Positions 53,172-64,000 of a stretch of DNA of 64,000 bases are shown here, in pieces. Below the pieces are notes generated by a model that worked only from the letters and a program-made list of their open reading frames with translations, ran no database searches and was not told the DNA's origin. Both the position numbers and the translations under genes were made by a program. How positions within the stretch are numbered: position 1 is the first letter of the stretch; each line of letters starts with the position of its first letter. Source of the stretch: Tubiluchus corallicola (Eukaryota; Animalia; Priapulida); NCBI GenBank assembly GCA_030141605.1, contig JAQGDQ010000080.1, positions 310,001 through 374,000 of the forward strand. Reading direction: 5' to 3'.

Positions 53172-54380
53172 TTAAGCATTTTTAGCATTGTGCAGTTCAG
53201 TTTCTGTTAATAATGGTAAGACAGCCAACAATTCAGATATCCCATCATGTATGGTGAGAGTTGACCTAAAACCTAACTTTTGTATCGCTGCATAACAAAC
53301 CTCATAATTACGTTTATCTTTATCCTCTCCATGGTCTGACTCATTAATAACACACTGTGGCACCATTTCCTGGATGATACATGCCACCTCATATTTGGTC
53401 ATGTTCAGACGCTCATCTCCCACATTAAATGACCTTCCCGCCATCTGTGAGTAATTTTGCAATGCAAAGACAAATGCTCTTGCAGCATCTTTGACGTGCA
53501 AGAATGTACGCCGAAATCCCCCTTCATATATATCAAAATGTTTTGCAGTCAAAGCTTTATACGTTAAATCATTGACCAAAAGATCCAGCCGAAGACGGGG
53601 CGACAGTCCAAATACAGTTGCCAATCGAAGTGCTACTCCTCCGTGAGCCAGCACATTCTTTTCTGCATTAGCTTTTGTCTTCCCATACAAAGTTAATGGG
53701 CATATTTCAGTTTGCTCAGTGCAAATTCCTGACACAGAACCATAACACGATCCAGTGGATGCATACACAAGTGCTTGGTCAGGCTTCATGTTTTCAATTA
53801 AAATCCCTGTACCTTGTTCGTTAACCTGTTTAGCTCGTTCAGGGTTGATTTCACAGGCAGGAAAACCAACAACTGCAGCCAAGTGAATTACCGCATCACA
53901 GTTAAAAAGTATATTTCCTAACTGTTTCGCATTACATATATCTCCTTTAACTAAATGAAGTCTTGGATGATTGCTTATATGCAGCAGTGATGATATTCCA
54001 TACAAGAACAAATCATACACAGTAACTTTATATCCTATATCGAGGAGCATTGGAACTAAAGTAGATCCTAGATATCCAGCACCTCCAGTTACTAAAACAT
54101 GAACAGGAGCTATAACCTTATCCCTTGTATGATAAGAACTTGACAGAATTCCAGTTTTTTTTTGACAAGTTTCACTATTTGTTGTGCAATTACAATAATT
54201 TGCACAATTACTAACACAGTTAACATAATAACCACCATTGCAGAGAATTTCCCTATCACTGCTATCAATACAGCTTGTGTTATCCCAATCAGTCATTTTT
54301 TCTTTACGATGCATATGATTATTATGACTAGTTTTAGGTATTGAGCAATAGAATCTACCCGGCTTTGCAAAGTAGTCCAT
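53172..54380 (-). CDS. NAD-dependent nucleotide-sugar dehydrogenase/epimerase (extended SDR), Cj1427 / GDP-D-glycero-D-manno-heptose dehydrogenase-like, with Cys-rich N-terminal extension
   Basis: 402-aa uninterrupted ORF with TGGAGYLG Rossmann motif, [24 protein letters not shown] (YxxxK), [30 protein letters not shown] and [12 protein letters not shown] pyrimidine tract plus AG lies immediately upstream of the ATG. Confidence 0.9.
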   Translation of the reverse strand: MDYFAKPGRFYCSIPKTSHNNHMHRKEKMTDWDNTSCIDSSDREILCNGGYYVNCVSNCANYCNCTTNSETCQKKTGILSSSYHTRDKVIAPVHVLVTGGAGYLGSTLVPMLLDIGYKVTVYDLFLYGISSLLHISNHPRLHLVKGDICNAKQLGNILFNCDAVIHLAAVVGFPACEINPERAKQVNEQGTGILIENMKPDQALVYASTGSCYGSVSGICTEQTEICPLTLYGKTKANAEKNVLAHGGVALRLATVFGLSPRLRLDLLVNDLTYKALTAKHFDIYEGGFRRTFLHVKDAARAFVFALQNYSQMAGRSFNVGDERLNMTKYEVACIIQEMVPQCVINESDHGEDKDKRNYEVCYAAIQKLGFRSTLTIHDGISELLAVLPLLTETELHNAKNA

Positions 54381-54710
54381 CTAACTGCAAACACAAACAA
54401 GAGATGTATAACTGATCAGATATAAACTGCAGAGTTTAATAAATTATATCAAAAGTATAACGTAATTTAATTAGCATTTAACAAGTTAATAACAATAACT
54501 GGAAGCGCGCAAAATAGTGAGTTGCTGTACAGTCTAACAATTGAAGCTTCGAAAATTCTCTTTTAACAGAAGAGAAGTAAATTATAGGTAACAGAAGCAA
54601 AGCCAAAAGAAAGAACTATGAAGTCAACCTAGTAAGAAACATATAATCAGAGTGACAAGAATGACAAAAATTTTCTTTGATAATATTCTATATTAGGATT
54701 AACAATACTA

Positions 54711-54713
<3 letters not shown>

Positions 54714-54769
<56 letters not shown>

Positions 54770-54772
54770 TAT
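54714..54772. repeat. (TA)n microsatellite
   Basis: Over 20 uninterrupted TA units followed by cacaca/tatata. Confidence 0.95.
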
Positions 54773-56553
54773 GACTTTTCATCGTCTTTACCAAGCACAT
54801 AAGTGTCACCTGGTGGTGAATGTCAGGAAATTGATCAGTTTTTGAATGCTAATCAGTTTTTGCTTATTATTTATAAAGCACAGTTAGTCTGGGGAAACAC
54901 ACTACTTCTAATTGCGCACCAACATAAGTGCTAATAATTAATATAATACATAAATAGACAATTTCTAGAATCAACATTCATGTTATCCTATCGCGTTTTG
55001 AAGGACCCGACTGTGATGTTTGAGAGACTAAATACATTGTCATTAATAACATTATAGTTTATACATAAAGTTTTGTGTAAATTAAATAAATTTCGGATCT
55101 CACATTTTTGCAGCTATCCGAACTTCATATGACTAAATTCTACTGAAACCAGCAAAGAGCGAAACCAGCAGTTAAAAATTTTAAAACACTACTACAAAAA
55201 ATGAAGTACTCTGTACTAGAACTGAATTCTGAAACACGAAACCACGAGACAAACTGTCACTGGTCTCTAAAAACCGGTTTGATTAATGTGCAAAATCTTA
55301 GCAGAATTGCTCTTGGTAGTTCTTGTTCTTGGCAAAATCCTTTAAAGTAGGGTGCACTCCGTTATATGTCATCGTTACGCGCAGCTCTCCACGGAGTAGT
55401 ACTAGCGCTACTTTTGCTAGAGTAATAAATAATTTTTAGCATTACTATCGCGGGCATGATTTTTTGCCACTTCTCTGCTTAATATTAACGGAAAACAGAA
55501 TGATTTTTCTAGATCCTACACTAGAATTTTGAAATGTGATTGTAAAAAAGACCTTACTAGTTTCAATATTAAAGAAACCTTTTTCTGCTGCTACACATCA
55601 GAGAATGTAATATCCACTACGTCACATGCAAATATTTTTAATTTTATATATGTTTGTCTTAAAAAGATTAGTACCAGTAGCATCAGTGTTAGTAATTAGA
55701 GTTTAATTTTTTAGAAATAGAAGCGCTGATAGGAAAAATTTAAACTGCTCATGATTGTCACTCTGTCTTGTTTGTCAGATCTTGAATGCCTGCCCATCAG
55801 GTGTCGAACATGTTATCTTCCTAGGGAATTTTCTAATATTATTTAGATTGGCATTTTCGTACATCCTGGTGCCAATGCTACAGTTTCTCAAAATAAATCA
55901 GATTATTATAGTTAGTTATTAAATGCGGGAATACATATCCGGAATTAGTATCTGGAATACATATCTATAAGAATCAACTATTAAACCTATTGAAAGTGAT
56001 GTGCATAAAACAATTTTAATTTAAATGTTAACAAAACTAATGAGATTATTGGGGATTTCAGGACTCATATTATTAATAACGCCATGATTGAGGAGGGGAA
56101 TTATTTCAAATTCTCAGGAATACATAACTATTATCAGATCTAAAATGGTCTATGCATGTTGGCAAAATTGCTTGAAAAGAGCTCAGCAATATTTGTACTT
56201 CTTTGAAATGACTCAGCTCGTTTGGCATGCATTCTAGTATATAATGTGATTATATTGACTGTAAAATTGTTAATTACTGCCAGAAGATTTACTGAACATG
56301 ATCGTACTATTTCCTCCTTGGAATATGAATTCTAAAATTTGCGATATTTCAAAAGATTCAAACCACCTTGCATTTGATGTGTTTCAAAGCTTCCATCTAG
56401 TAGAAGGTGTCTCAGTATGAGCAGTATCATAGTTTAAATAGCTTTTCCCATCAGCTTTACATCTAAACTCCAATTAACAATGGTAATGGTACTGTTGCTA
56501 ATCTGTTTTATGAATGCCAAAACAAGACATATCAAGTTTTGGTATATATTCAT

Positions 56554-56623
56554 GTGCATACGACTAACAAAATATCTGAATCTGCTTCGTGCATACGACT
56601 AACAAAATATCTGAATCTGCTTC
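56554..56623. repeat. Perfect 35-bp tandem duplication
   Basis: gtgcatacgactaacaaaatatctgaatctgcttc occurs twice (56554-56588, 56589-56623). Confidence 0.95.
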
Positions 56624-57756
56624 AGTATGAAGTGCTGGATTTAGCAACAAGGACCGCATAGATTTGGCAAAGAGTAAAGTGAGTATCCATCAACCAAACG
56701 TTGGGCATGCATTTGCTCTAAATTCCGGGCATGCATGCATTTGTTTTTGTTTGCTGCACTACAATCTTTTCCCTTTTAAATTTTGTATTTTCCTTATTCA
56801 AAACTTATGTGAATTCTAACAAAACTTTAGCAACTTAAACTAAATCTCAGATTATAGTTGCACCTGCTAACCTTATTAATATAATTTTTAAACAGGATTT
56901 ACAGACAAGTAAGAATTCCAAGTGAAGAACTTCTAGATACAACTACTGCAATTAAACTTAACCTCTTACACTACAAATTACTTGAATTAGGTCAGAATCA
57001 AACAGTATGGGCTACTGAACTTTGAAACAATATATAGAATGCGTAAACAAAACTGAGCCAACTTTGCACAGTTAGAAGAATACACAAAAATTAATTCAGT
57101 CCAGAAAATATTAAAGTCTATAAATCCATTCTTTGCACTGGTTTCCACTGCCTCAATGGATATTTTCTCTTTTGAGCTGAATCAGGCTCATCAGGCAGTG
57201 TTTCGGGTTTTTGTGGTAAATCGGCAACTATCTCAGGTCTAATTAACCTCGTTAAGTTCATTTGTATTTTTTAAAGTTAATACTTTTTTATCTAGCTTGC
57301 AAGGTCGTACATTGAACTTAACTGTGCATTTCATTCATAGCAAAATCAATAACTCTTAGACGCAAGCGCTGCGCAGTTCTGTCTATAAAACGAAATTATA
57401 CTATGTATTTCCACTAATTCACCTGCAATTTTAATCGACAATTCAGACCATCGACAACCTGTAATAAGGTGTCAAACCAGGCTGATTTCTCTCCCGCAAA
57501 TTTATGAAAAGTTGAGCATTTTTATAAGAATATAACATATACCGACAATACATAGAGTTCTTGTCCCGAAAGACGAGGTGAAGACGAGGTCTGTGGGCGT
57601 GTGAAAAATATGCACACTGATTGGACAGTCAGCAGAGCTTGACTGAGAATGATTGACATTTTGTTTGACGTCAATTCCATAACATGCCACAATTAAACAA
57701 GATGTGTCGCCGAACACTACAGCCTTCTTCATCTTCTCCATTTCTGTCTCCTCCCC

Positions 57757-57757
57757 C

Positions 57758-57795
<38 letters not shown>
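57757..57795. repeat. (TC)n microsatellite
   Basis: ctctctctctctctttctctctctctctctctctctc. Confidence 0.9.
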
Positions 57796-57796
<1 letters not shown>

Positions 57797-58061
57797 ATTC
57801 TCTTACTGGCGCATCCTGAGTCTCTGTTGAGGGCGTAGCCTTCTGGACTCCCATGCCATTACGCAACTGGAAGCTCTCCCCAAAGCAATATTACTAAATG
57901 TTCTCCAAAAAAGGACACGATTACGGTGGAAAAAGACGACTAATACATCGAAGTGTTTTGCTTAAATAGAAATGTAGTCCATTTTAACAGGTGACAATAA
58001 TTACACGACTGTCAATTGAAAGACACAATATATATAGCTATCTTGTGTACATTATGATAAT

Positions 58062-58142
58062 TATGATATGATATGATGTGATATGATATGATATGATGTA
58101 CCATACGATACCATATACAATATGATATGGTACAATATGATA
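58062..58142. repeat. (GATAT)n pentanucleotide repeat, degenerate
   Basis: atgatatgatatgatgtgatatgatatgatatgatgtaccatacgataccatatacaatatgatatgg. Confidence 0.85.
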
Positions 58143-59139
58143 ATTATGGTCATTCTAGGTTTATAATTTTAAAGTACTTTGAAATCTACGTTAGTGGCGT
58201 AGTTAGATTCGGATCACAATCAACTCCGGGCTTTTGGACCATTTATTAAAAAACAAAATAAGAAAGTTACTGAAATAGCATACTTGTCGCTGCAAAGTGT
58301 TATAGCTAATGTATTAAAAACAACGACAACTATGACATGCCAAAGTTGAAATCTAACCATTGACTTAAATAATTATAATCTGCCAATATATATATAAGAC
58401 ATTGCCATAGGCCTATATTATAAGATTCGAAGGATGAATTACCAACACAGCTCATAAGGCAAGATTACGTAACCACGGAGAGTCAAATCTGAAGACGCCA
58501 TAATAAAAAAGAAGTAGCCAGCAGCTGCATATAATACACATACATCTCAATAATCACGCGCATAATATCATATCGACATGCGGCCTTTGCCTGCGCATAT
58601 GCGCCTGCCCTAAAGCCACTATTTTAATCGAAATTCAATCTAACTGGCTTGCTAAAGTTGTGTGTTGAGGAAAGAAAGAAACCGCGAATGGCTTATATAA
58701 TATATTTTTACACATATAGTGAGTTTTACGACCATGGAATTAAAATTCGAGAGCCGAAGTTCGAGGAACGGCAATGCGACTTGTGTTGAATGGGATGAGC
58801 GTATTGTAACCCGTTGTAAAAATTTCATGTATAAAATCAAAACTACAAGAGTAGTACTGAAACTGCTTCCTCGTGGGTTACTGTTATACAGGAGATCTAC
58901 AAAGCCTTCTTGCATTTAGGCCTAATAAGCGAAAAGGCCTATAATTGATATAAGGCAGGTATACCACGACCCATATACGCTGCAGCGCGCAGCCTCTGCA
59001 AAAAAACTGGGTTAGTAAAAGTGTTGTTATTACTGAGCTTTTGAATATCTGTAGCATAGTTATCAAGTCAAACATATTAACAATAGCTGATAATCAATGT
59101 AATCATCACATTGAACTACGCAATTATACTGCACTAGGC

Positions 59140-59216
59140 ATTGTTGTTGTTGTTCTTATTGTTGCTGTTGTTGCTGGCGGTTGTTGCGTTGCTGTTGCTG
59201 TCGTTGTTGTTGCTGT
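59140..59216. repeat. (GTT/GCT)n trinucleotide repeat
   Basis: ttgttgttgttgttcttattgttgctgttgttgctgg..., which explains the poly-V and poly-Q ORF artefacts here. Confidence 0.85.
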
Positions 59217-60104
59217 CTTGATATTACTGTTATGCGTTGTGTAAAACATGCCCTGTGATACTTCGAAAAAGTAATGAGAATACACAATTTAGGTCTACAA
59301 CTTTTTGGTGAGAAGTGGACAAATGTTGGCGAAGGCACTACTATTAGCTGTATTTGAAATATTTGCACCAATTTTGGCGATTCTTGGAAATAACTATGCA
59401 GGTAAGACCACATGCATAATAAAAGTAATGATCTTTCGAAAACAGGTAAAATTTCCCCGTAAATGCGGAAACCTCGAAACATGTTTGGACACAAAAATTC
59501 TAACAAAATTGAGGAGTTCACAATTCCCACACAATTTAAATACTCTAACCATAACTAACTAATCCTAATCCTAACGCTAATCCTAATCCGCTAATCCGAA
59601 ATAATATGTTGTGTGTGGACTGTACACTTCAGCCGAAAATTGTAAACTTGGACATAGTTTTGGATGCCGGATAGCCTGGACATAGATCAAAATGGATATA
59701 ATCACGTGTTTAAGGGGTATTTTACAGGCCAAAAATAATAGGCGCAATTTTAACACACACTGTACTGTACAAACAAACATGTATAATGCTACCTCTGACA
59801 CAAGATACTGTTTATTTTACGAATCTTGTTTAAGTTTCTTCGCCTAGCAAACCTTTTCAAGTTGTTTTGATTACAATAGTGTGTAGATGATAGTATTCCT
59901 AACGTATTTTTTATATTACCGCAGTTGAAACTAATCACCTACACTGTAATTAGAAATTTGAAGTTTTTTTACCAATTTTATTCTGTCTACAGAAACATCT
60001 TGTTGTTCAACTGCTTTGACTTCATTTCTGCTATAGCACATTACCGAAACTAGTCCACACTTTTTTGTTCAAAAAATTTTTGTAACAAAGGCTGCAACAC
60101 GAAT

Positions 60105-60640
60105 GTATCGGGTGGCGCTGAAAAATGCCTCGAAGTTTAGAGTACAATAACATTAGTACAAAGAAGTGTTTTACAAATTTGAAATTTTACAGCAAATAAT
60201 TCGATAACTTTTGTTGCTAAAGCTACAAGTTTATAGGTTTAGCAGTTTTTAAGTAACGGCACCATGTCAGGTAATCATAAATTGAAAATTAGCCACGTTG
60301 ACATATATAAGGCACTCAATACACGGCAGCAAAACAATAAGGAAGTCACCTTTTATAATCATCGTTTTCACTACAGAAAATAAAGTATAAATTATAGATT
60401 AATTCCCAGGGAAACGCCTTCGTCTAGTTTGCAGTGAAAATGGTGGGTACATAGAACATGCACTTGCTGTAGATTTTGACAATAGTGTCACAAAACTTTT
60501 TTGGCCGATAATTTTTTGACTTTTTGTTTTGAAACTTTCAATCTTTGGAAAATCTAAGGGAATAACTTGAAATTTTTGGCGTTTACACATAAGTGTTTGT
60601 AACAGCAGTGTTGTAATTTTCAAGCGATTATATTACTTTA
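60105..60640 (+). mobile_element. Internally deleted Tc1/mariner-like element, copy 2
   Basis: ataaggcactcaatacacggcagcaaaa...cactacagaaaataaag is shared with copy 1. RLRLVCSENGGYIEHAL resembles a Tc1/mariner transposase C-terminus. Confidence 0.6.
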
Positions 60641-63147
60641 TTCTTATGATAGTAGTAGTGATTATTTTGTTGTTATAGTATAGTGATAAAAACATTATTT
60701 GCGCCATCTATATATACATTTTAGACGGAAGACTTGGTTTGCCAGCACCTAATTTGCCAAAAGTTTGTATCGAAAACTATCCAAATTACCTATAAGGGCA
60801 AATTTGCGTGTCTGTGTCTGCATGTGTCCAAACGACCTATATTTGCCCATGTTAATCGTTTATAAATTAATTGCCCAAACAGTCCGTGTTAAAGTCTTCT
60901 ATATAAAATCTATATATATCTACTCGTGTGTTCAATTTATCTCTGATCGCTATGACTACGGCTAGTACGACGTACAAGGTGTTAGAGTTATTACAAATCG
61001 TTGAATTTTGCGAACAACTCTTTAGAAGTACTGTCCATGACAGTTATTATTTTCTAAACGTCTTTTTACTCACAAACATTACAACTTCGGAATAAAAACA
61101 AGTACATCAATAGATTGTAAGAGCACAACAATGGGAAACTATGGGAAAAACTTAACTTGCAACGTTATGCACCTATACTATAATAACAGTAATTTGTACA
61201 CTACGATACAGGATTTGAAAAATGCTTGCTGGTCATGACTGTTTTACCGAAGGATACTAAAGTTTGCACCACTGTGTGAGTATTTATTGCAGTTGTATAT
61301 AATGCAAATTGCGTGATTGTGGTTACTGTAATTTGTGAGCTATTGGCTATTATAGGAAAAACTGACCAACGTTAATTGACTTTGACCCTTTGGTTGAGGT
61401 GACATGCGCTAGATAAGTCTTCGAGCTATTTCAGGTTCCTGCAAAACAAGTTTTTATTATTCGAGTTGGTATACGTTCTCAGTTATTGACATGGACTTAC
61501 TTTTTTACTTTCGTCTATGTCACGTTTCAAAAGTGCTTAGGACACATCTGCACAATTCTATAAGAGGAGTTGAGTGATCAAAACATTTTCCTTCATTTTG
61601 ACATTTAGACCCAATCACGTAACCTAGCCATGCCAACTCCTTTAAAACTTAGTACATATCTACTCCTATCACATAGCTCCATTATGCGAAAAAAAAATAG
61701 GAGAAATCCTTAGTCCGGCAACAATCTTAATTTGTCAAATGTTAGTGGCGGTCATTTTGAAATCCAACATGGCAGTTGAAGATGACCATGAAAAACTGGT
61801 ACCTATATTTTTTGAATTCAGCATCCCCAAATTAACTTAAATGATTGTTAAAATCAATTTTGGCACAAAAATTTAGCTCGCCCCAAATTTCTGACATAGC
61901 GCACTGTACTAACATTGATACGTAGGCCTGTAAATAAATTCGTCGATATTCAGTGAAATATATGATGATTAATATCTAGTGAATTGTGTTAATATTTTAG
62001 ATCAGGAGATCAACATAGCAAAGCCTATCGCTGACATCATTGCAAGTCTACGCTGGGGTGCTGTTTCTTTAATCTCTCAAAAAGAGCATGGTAGGTTACG
62101 TAAGACTAAGCCCAAAAACATAGTTTAGCTTGCATTAAGATTTTTGTAATAGTGCGATAATATTAACTACGTCGCGAAACCACACATATTGTTAAAACAA
62201 AACAAAAAAAGAACACTAGTTAATAATCTGATACAAAAAAGTGTTTTATATTGCAAATCAATGAATTAAAGTCAGCGAATGCGCAAGTACAGTGTTAGTT
62301 GCTAGCGTCCAATGTTAGTGTTTATGTTTGTTAAAAACAACGCACAAAATTTACAGGTCAACAAAATTTAACAGTTTTCTCTTTGTTTACCAGTTACTTT
62401 CGCCACATATTTAACAACACTGCTGTTCCAAGAAAATGTTACTGCCACTAATCTAAATGTAGACGTTGTTTGCAAGAGTGTCAGCCAAGCAGCTTGCAGA
62501 AACATCACATTTCCAGAAAGTACTCACGATTATGTAGCTCAAAATTTTGTCTTTTTTGGAAATGGTACTGAGGTCAACCAGATGCTGGAGATGGTGAGTT
62601 AAGTATATATTCTCACGTTCCCTAAAATAAAATTGACACTATATAAAATATTTAGAAAAATCACTATTTGTTTTATTTCTACATTAACTAAAATTTATTC
62701 AGCATGCTATAAAATGCCTAGAAAAATAAAAGTACAACAGTTACCTAAGAATTATGCAGTATACACACGTTGCCTAGACAAACTTTTGCACTATGTAATG
62801 CCGAGGAAGCGTGCTGCAGAAGAAATTATCTTAAATACTTTGGCTGGTTTGTTTTGTCCACTCCATAAAATGCCCTCCATAAAAGGATCCATTACACCTA
62901 TAGACTGCCCGATTTCGCACTTTACCTGTAATTTCACACTTTGCATGTAACATATGTACAATACAACAGTAGAAAATTTTAAAGTATCAAAATGTATAAA
63001 CTTAACGACTGTTCATCGTCCTAACTTTTCAGTCTTTCCAAATGTTCTTGGTTTCTGTTTCTTGAGACCAGCAGCATGGTATGGTAGACCTAAACTCTGT
63101 GAGACGTAAATGTTTGGCCATTGTGTGAGTGAAACCTTATTTGTGGT

Positions 63148-63370
63148 AATCTTCTTCTTTTGATTTGCTGCATATAAGAAGTGGACAATCTGGATTATCC
63201 AATCGCATCTTCTCTCTGCTAATTTCAGACATCCAAGACATGACGTTTCCATCCAATCCATTACATCTGTAGACAATTTCCTTCGCTATCTTCCTCTTCC
63301 ACGCGTTCCACGGATGGTACCTTCCAACATAAGTATTTGTATTCCCACTATGTATCCAGACTGGTACCAA
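63148..63370 (-). mobile_element. 3' end of a decayed RTE-like LINE
   Basis: Frameshifted G..GRGR.RRKLSTDVMDW..LAERRCDW remnant ending in an aagaagaag tail at ~63150-63160. Confidence 0.55.
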
Positions 63371-64000
63371 CTAGGCGGTTAAAATATTGAATTTTGCGAT
63401 GTTTAATTGTAGAAATTAGTGATCTGCTTTCAACAACCATCTTCAAAACTCCTTCATTGCTGTCTTCATAAGAGATACGAAACATTCTTCTGTAGATCCA
63501 CATTTGAAAAACTAGTAATATATCATAAAGAATATGTGCAAATTGTATTTCATTTTAGGCTATTATTCAAGGTGTTGTCCATGCAGAGACGTCCATTATT
63601 ATATATTCAGAGGATGTGAATGTAACTGAAATTGGAGAATTGCTGAAACCAGCTGACAATGTTGCTATAATAAAAGCAATTTGTGATTATTGTGTAAGTA
63701 TAAATCACATATCTAAATAAAATCAGATGTTTAGGCAGCTGAAGCCAGGCAACGGAGATTGCATTTCATGTTCTCTCAGCACGTTAATTACCAACTTATT
63801 AGCCCTTCAATCCTCTTGAATAGAACCTGGATTTTTCAACTTCTAGCACTGTAATCTGTATTTAAGACTGCACATACACTACTTTAAAATATATTTGGCA
63901 CGCCTTTTCATAAGATTATTACTGTTGAAATTCTCCAGAGAAGCCGGACTTCCGACCTTCAACCATTTCTACTTTTAAGTTGGATCATAAAACTCCACCT

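Noticed and set aside
31984-54380. Functional glycosylation/immune cluster of GALNT11, NFKBIL1 and the SDR
   Set aside because: Proximity only. GALNT11 uses UDP-GalNAc, unrelated genes intervene, and no other sugar-pathway genes are in the window.
56990-57180. Minus-strand peptide FWTEL..LAQFCLRILYI resembling a hAT dimerisation domain
   Set aside because: Lacks the SSxxxERxFS core and is too degenerate to call.
59041-59530. Poly-Val TM-like and poly-Gln ORFs
   Set aside because: Products of the (GTT/GCT)n microsatellite.
59546-59600. Telomere-like ctaatc/ctaacc repeats
   Set aside because: Few, degenerate units. More like an internal low-complexity motif of a repeat element than an interstitial telomere.

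Overview
AT-rich (roughly one-third G+C by eye), intron-containing eukaryotic DNA, most consistent with an invertebrate animal genome; the species cannot be named from the sequence. I assembled spliced gene models by hand from GT-AG junctions and reading-frame continuity: PDCD2L (-, 6 exons), cyclin Y (+, 8 coding exons), GALNT11 (+, 10 coding exons) and DCAF4/WDR21 (-, 6-7 coding exons). There are three intronless CDSs: ATG10 (inside PDCD2L intron 1, same strand), NFKBIL1, and a bacterial-type extended SDR resembling Campylobacter Cj1427 GDP-heptose dehydrogenase with a Cys-rich N-terminal extension. Intergenic and intronic DNA carries decayed LINEs, hAT-type MITEs (including a nested stack), Tc1/mariner remnants and microsatellites. 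I found no rRNA, tRNA or CRISPR array. The best leads are (1) the bacterial-like nucleotide-sugar dehydrogenase in host-like context and (2) ATG10 possibly sharing the PDCD2L promoter and first exon through an in-frame acceptor. Family calls rest on motif recognition from memory, not database searches.
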